DNA of 11,907 bases from Gemmatimonadota bacterium. Lineage in GTDB: Bacteria; Gemmatimonadota; Gemmatimonadetes; Longimicrobiales; Gaopeijiaceae. Location: contig JBDHHQ010000155.1 of the NCBI GenBank assembly GCA_039589315.1, forward strand, positions 1 through 11,907. The letters are read 5' to 3'. Position 1 is the first letter of the stretch. Every line of letters begins with the position of its first letter. Shown here piece by piece: positions 8,032 to 11,907 of this stretch. The translations under genes were made by a program, and so were the position numbers. The notes under the pieces are model-generated. The model saw only the letters and a list, made by a program, of their open reading frames with translations, was not told the DNA's origin and did no database searches.

Positions 8032-8145
8032 CGCTTCGTGATGGCCCGCATCGCTACGTCCGAAGTCGACGAGGCTGCGACCGATCCGGAGCTGGTCCTG
8101 GTCCAGAATTGGGACGAGGAGCTGGAGGCCCGGATCGGGAACTGA
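8032..8145 (+). pseudogene. Orphan C-terminal remnant of a Ser/Thr kinase with TolB/PD40-like beta-propeller
   Basis: Reads RFVMARIATSEVDEAATDPELVLVQNWDEELEARIGN* (TGA 8143-8145), with gene-like codon usage. It matches the recalled family tail 'RFLM...LILVQNWFEELKARVGN' of Gemmatimonadota/Acidobacteriota kinase-propeller proteins. No upstream gene body or RBS is present. Confidence 0.65.
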
Positions 8146-8167
8146 CAACCCAGGACGCACGCATGCG

Positions 8168-8826
8168 TCACGTATTGTGCCCTCGAGACTGCTGGTCCCT
8201 GTCGGACTCGAGTGCGGCCAGGTGCTCCAACTCACTCACGATCCGGTCCACCTCAGCCGCTAGCCAGCCACCGTCTCGAGCCGCATAGGCCTCGGCGAGC
8301 GACCGGTAGTACCACAACGTGCCATCCTTCTTCCCTGTGAACCGTTCCCACAACTCTTCCCCTACCAGCTGGTAGTCGCGCAGGATCGCTGAGTGTCCGC
8401 CAGGGAAATCAGCAGGGCGTCCTCGGAGATCTCGGCCAGGTGGGCGATGTACCGCTCTTTGCGGACCCGCCACGGGGGTTTGGGTGTCTCGTCCGTATCG
8501 GTACAGGCGTCCACGATCGCGACGACCCGGTCACCGAATCTGCGTCGGATCTGCTGGCGGGTCTCCTCGCCGCCCTGATCCTCGATCGCATCATGAAGTA
8601 GAGCGGCGATGGCCTGCTCCTCATCGCCTCCGTGTTCGATGACCGTGGACGCCACTGCCATAAGGTGGCCCACGTACGGCGTATCACTCCCCTTCCGGGT
8701 CTGGGTTTCGTGAAGCTCGGCCGCCCAGATGAGGGCCTCTCGAAATCGGGCGGTCAGTCTTGGGGTCTTCCTGCGGGAGGAGTCCATCACGAATCTCGAA
8801 ACGGAGGTGGGTGTGAGCCGCGGCAT
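8168..8826 (-). pseudogene. HD-domain small alarmone hydrolase-like (Mesh1/RelA-SpoT HD_4 family) gene, frameshifted at ~8393-8395
   Basis: The N-terminal frame has LHETQTRKGSDTPYVGHLMAVA, AALLHDAIEDQG, FGDRVVAIVDACTD, PWRVRKERYIAHL and LLISLAD. The family C-terminus (SAILRDYQLVGEELWERFTGKKDGTLWYYRSLAEAY) continues in another frame to TGA 8170-8168. The expected KxxN after the Asp is absent. Start is either ATG 8826 or ATG 8787. Confidence 0.88.
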
Positions 8827-8832
8827 GCGTGC

Positions 8833-8838
8833 AGTCTA
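8833..8838 (-). promoter_or_regulatory. Candidate -10 box (TAGACT) for leaderless transcription of the HD gene
   Basis: Minus strand reads TAGACT-gcacgc-ATG(8826): a TANNNT box 6 nt before the ATG, with no SD and no convincing -35. Confidence 0.35.
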
Positions 8839-8870
8839 CATGCTGTTCACATCCGCGGGCGAGTACGAGT

Positions 8871-8960
8871 GTGGGGTCAGCCGACCACGACACCCGAAGA
8901 TGTCGCGCATCGGGTCTAGACTATGTCGACCCGAGGAGGCCGGCACCTCAGATAGAGGCG
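8871..8960 (-). other. Cluster of stem-loops downstream of the S46 gene (structured 3' UTR, possible terminator or RNA element)
   Basis: Minus strand hairpins: CGCCUC-uaucu-GAGGUG; UCGGGUC-N11-GACCCGA (8910-8934); GCGACAUC-UUCG-GGUGUCGU (8887-8906, C(UUCG)G tetraloop); GGUC-ggcu-GACC. No U-tract follows. Confidence 0.5.
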
Positions 8961-8962
8961 AT

Positions 8963-11140
8963 TCACCGGCCGACCTGATCGGCCTCCGCCTCCGTCTGGA
9001 ACAGGGTGCCGGTCACCAGCTCCTGCACGATGCGGTCGGCGTCGTAAGCGTGGTCGAGCGCGGTCTGAATGGCGCGAGCGTCCACCATCACATTGCGGCC
9101 TCGCTCCGGCAGATAGATGTAGTCCCGCGAGAGCCCCTGGATGTTGCGGTCGAAGTTGAGACCGACCAGCGCGAGCTCCCGGGTCACCGCCGGCGATCCC
9201 GAGTTGCCCCCGTAAGTGTCGGCCGTCGACACGAAGTTGAGCGGTGTCGAGAGATCGAGCCCCGCGGGTGGCGTGCGCCAGCGATCCGGCAACTCCCAGT
9301 CGACCTCTCCCGGGTTGCCGTGATGTCGATCGTAGATACCGAAGAAGGTCGTGTGCGGGGGAGCGAGGGTTCCGTTGTACTCGAAGCCCCGCACCAGGCC
9401 GTCGGTGATACGGGGAGAAAACGTGGCGTCGGGCGCCACCTCCTGGCCGTACACCTCGAACTTCACCCGCCCCAGATCGCGCGCGAGCCCGGCTTCCTCA
9501 CCCAGGAGCGGCTCGAACACGCCGGCGAATTCGAGTTGTGCTGGAATCCAGGCCGCCATGAGGCGACGTGCCGGGTCGTCCCCGGCCAGGTCGCCGGTCT
9601 CCATCGCCTGCCGCGTCCGCTCCGCCGTCGCCAGGGCCGAGTGGGCAAGCAGGGCGGCCGCCGACGCCTCCGGACTGCCGTCCACGAGCGCCGCGCGGGT
9701 TACGGGATGATCGGGTCCCAGATGCCGCTCGAATTCCGTGAGCCTGCCGGCGAGGAACCTCTGCTCCAGGGCCTCCGGATGGTCGGCGAGCGCCAGGACA
9801 CCCTCTCGCATGGCGGCCAGGGTGTCCGCCGCTACACCTCGAGCTGCAGCTCGTTCCAGCTCGTGTACGAGAGCCATGCGGCGGATCAGACGTGAGTCGT
9901 TATCGACGTCGTCGATCCGGTAGAACGCCCCGTAGGCAGGGCCCAGGGCCGCCTTGCGCCGCTGGAGGTCGGCCATGCGCTCGAAGAGTTTGCCGTAGGC
10001 CGCCTCCAACTCGGCGTCGTCCGCGATGGCGGCCCGGAGTTGACGCTCCCCGTCGCTGCGCCTGGCCATGACCTCGGTGCTGTGCAGCGCATCGAGGCGT
10101 CCCACCGCGGCCTTGAGAGAATTCGACAACGAGAACATTCGATTGCGTATGTCCAACTCCTCGGCCAACTCCGGGAACGCGGCGCGGAAGTGGCCGAAGG
10201 CCGCGTGCCGGCTCGCCAGCCAGGCGCGCTGCGCCGGGACCTGCACGTCCCGGAGGAACTCCAGCTGCGACATCGTGGTCAGCCGGGTCGTGGGCCCCGG
10301 ATTCCCGATCACGAAGACCACGTCGCCCTCCTCCACCCCCTCGACGCCCCACTCGAAGTGATGGTTGGTCCGGAAAGGCTCACCGCCCTCGTAGACTCGT
10401 AGGAACGCGAAGTCGAGCGCGTAGCGCGGGTAGGTGAAGTTGTCAGGGTCGCCCCCGAAGAACCCCATGCTCAGCTCCACAGCCATGACCAGCCGGACGT
10501 CGGTGAAGCGACGGAAGACATAGGCGGAGTGGCGTCCCCCGTTGTAGAGGGGGACGACCTGCACCCATACGCTGTCGGAACCGGATGCGTGCTGCTGCAA
10601 GAGCCGCGATTGGATGGCTTGCAAATCCACGCCAGCCGATGGGAGCCGGCCCGCCGACTCCGTCGCCGCGATCACCTCATCGGTCACGTCCTCGATGGCG
10701 ATGAGCTGATCCACGTAGTAGCCGGGAATGGGACGTTCTTCATCCAGGGACATCGCATAGAATCCACTGTCCAGAAGCACTTCGCCCGGACCGCTGACCG
10801 CCGAAACGCGGCTTCGCACGCAGTGGTGGTTGGTAGCGAGCAGGCCATTGGGTGACACGAACGAAGCCGAGCACCCAGGGATGCGGACTGCCGCCATGCG
10901 AGCACGCTCGAACCACGCTTCGTTCGCGTCGAAGTCGTACGTCTCGCTGAAGTACTCGGCCGGCGCGTACTCGAACGTCCACATCTTGCCGCCGTCGAAG
11001 CGGCCGGCACCGACGGTCTCGCCCTGGGCGTCGGTGGCCTGCGCGAGAGCCGGGCCGGTCAAGAGGCCGAACGCGGCCAAGGAGAGTACGGCCGACGCCA
11101 GAGGGCCGTACGTGAGCGAACGAAGCGGGCGGCGATTCAT
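8963..11140 (-). CDS. S46 family dipeptidyl peptidase, DPP11-like (Asp/Glu-specific predicted), secreted or periplasmic, 725 aa
   Basis: ATG 11140 has GAGGA 8 nt upstream and a signal peptide ending GPALA-Q. Motifs: GKMWTF, GCSASFVSPNGLLATNHHC (His), DNFTYPRYALDFAFLRVY (Asp), GNPGPTTR, PDATFSPRITDG, TYGGNSGSP (Ser 9200-9202), GLNFDRN. Confidence 0.93.
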   Translation of the reverse strand: MNRRPLRSLTYGPLASAVLSLAAFGLLTGPALAQATDAQGETVGAGRFDGGKMWTFEYAPAEYFSETYDFDANEAWFERARMAAVRIPGCSASFVSPNGLLATNHHCVRSRVSAVSGPGEVLLDSGFYAMSLDEERPIPGYYVDQLIAIEDVTDEVIAATESAGRLPSAGVDLQAIQSRLLQQHASGSDSVWVQVVPLYNGGRHSAYVFRRFTDVRLVMAVELSMGFFGGDPDNFTYPRYALDFAFLRVYEGGEPFRTNHHFEWGVEGVEEGDVVFVIGNPGPTTRLTTMSQLEFLRDVQVPAQRAWLASRHAAFGHFRAAFPELAEELDIRNRMFSLSNSLKAAVGRLDALHSTEVMARRSDGERQLRAAIADDAELEAAYGKLFERMADLQRRKAALGPAYGAFYRIDDVDNDSRLIRRMALVHELERAAARGVAADTLAAMREGVLALADHPEALEQRFLAGRLTEFERHLGPDHPVTRAALVDGSPEASAAALLAHSALATAERTRQAMETGDLAGDDPARRLMAAWIPAQLEFAGVFEPLLGEEAGLARDLGRVKFEVYGQEVAPDATFSPRITDGLVRGFEYNGTLAPPHTTFFGIYDRHHGNPGEVDWELPDRWRTPPAGLDLSTPLNFVSTADTYGGNSGSPAVTRELALVGLNFDRNIQGLSRDYIYLPERGRNVMVDARAIQTALDHAYDADRIVQELVTGTLFQTEAEADQVGR

Positions 11141-11315
11141 TCGGTGCGTCCTCGGGGCGAATCCATCGGGTTGGCTTGACCCGACGATAACCAGCCCGCG
11201 CGGGCTCGACCAGCGGCTTCCCGGGGCCCAGCGACCCACCGCAGCCTTGCCCACGGTGCGGCCAAAGCCACCGTGCCCTATCGTGAGAGCAGTTCCATTC
11301 CCTGCCGAGGTGCCG
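11141..11315. promoter_or_regulatory. Divergent promoter region between the S46 peptidase and the kinase
   Basis: 175-bp gap between head-to-head genes. TATCGT occurs on the minus strand (11189-11184) and on the plus strand (11279-11284). Perfect palindrome AGCCCGCGCGGGCT at 11193-11206. SD-like GAGG at 11307-11310. Confidence 0.5.
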
Positions 11316-11907
11316 ATGCCCGACCCCGTCACCCGCCTCAACGCCGCCCTCGAAGGCCGCTACCGCGTGGAGCGCGAGCTCGGCGAAGGTGGCATGGCCA
11401 ACGTCTACCTGGCCGACGACCTCCGCCACGAGCGCAGGGTCGCTCTCAAGGTGCTCAAGCCAGAGCTCGCCGCCGTCGTCGGAGCCGAGCGCTTTCTGGC
11501 CGAGATCAAGACGACGGCGAACCTGCAGCATCCCCACGGCCTACCGCTTCACGATTCGGGTGAGGCTGGCGGCTTCCTCTTCTACGTGATGCCCTACGTC
11601 GAGGGGGAGACGCTCCGGGAGCGCCTCGACCGCGAGAAGCAGCTCGCGGTCGACGATGCCGTTCGGCTGGTCAGGGCGGTGGCCAGCGCCCTCGACTACG
11701 CGCACCGGCAGGGCGTCATCCATCGAGACATCAAGCCCGCCAACATCCTGCTCCAGGACGGCCAGCCCGTGGTGGCGGACTTCGGAATCGCGTTGGCGGT
11801 CGGTGCTGCCGGGGGCGCGCGACTGACGGAAACCGGGCTCAGCGTCGGTACGCCGTACTACATGAGCCCGGAGCAGGCCACCGGCGATCAACACGTCGGT
11901 CCGGCCA
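11316..11907 (+). CDS. Hanks-type (PknB-like) serine/threonine protein kinase, 5' part; runs off the window
   Basis: Translated manually because the ORF track omits it (no stop in window): MPDPVTRLNAALEGRYRVERELGEGGMANVYLA...VALKVLKPE...RFLAEI...VIHRDIKPANILL...VVADFGIA...LTETGLSVGTPYYMSPEQATG. Gly loop, VAxK, HRDxKPxN, DFG and SPE motifs are present, and GAGG lies 5 nt before the ATG. Confidence 0.95.
   Translation, partial: MPDPVTRLNAALEGRYRVERELGEGGMANVYLADDLRHERRVALKVLKPELAAVVGAERFLAEIKTTANLQHPHGLPLHDSGEAGGFLFYVMPYVEGETLRERLDREKQLAVDDAVRLVRAVASALDYAHRQGVIHRDIKPANILLQDGQPVVADFGIALAVGAAGGARLTETGLSVGTPYYMSPEQATGDQHVGPA

Noticed and set aside
8154..8169. Hairpin GACGCA-cgca-TGCGTC between convergent stops as a terminator
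   Set aside because: Only a 6-bp stem, no U-tract on either side, and it overlaps the HD stop codon.
8729..9895. 388-aa plus-strand ORF, and the similar shadows 24-656, 10740-11537 and 11541-11894
   Set aside because: They lie antisense to clearly identified genes (S46/HD, DegT, kinase) or in an alternate frame of them, and have no domain signatures.
11141..11341. N-terminal extension of the S46 ORF to 11341
   Set aside because: It would overlap the kinase start and bury the signal peptide; the SD supports ATG 11140.

Overview
GC-rich bacterial window; the style of the kinase suggests Gemmatimonadota (inference). Left to right it contains: the 3' end of an upstream gene coupled by an ATGA overlap to a DegT/DnrJ/EryC1/StrS sugar aminotransferase (111-1211); a 2162-aa predicted lipoprotein subtilase (1519-8007); an orphan C-terminal fragment resembling a Ser/Thr kinase beta-propeller protein tail (8032-8145); a frameshifted Mesh1/SAH-type HD hydrolase lacking its DKxxN motif (minus, 8168-8826); a hairpin-rich intergenic region; an S46 dipeptidyl peptidase with the DPP11-type S1 Arg (minus, 8963-11140); and a divergent Hanks-type Ser/Thr kinase running off the right edge (11316->11907, absent from the ORF track). 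The most unusual item is the subtilase: its I9 propeptide is separated from an intact S8 catalytic domain by five tandem ~344-aa [LamG/ConA-like jelly-roll + FN3] modules of two subtypes with variable loops. No mobile element, CRISPR array, tRNA or rRNA was seen. All family assignments come from motif recognition by eye, not database searches.
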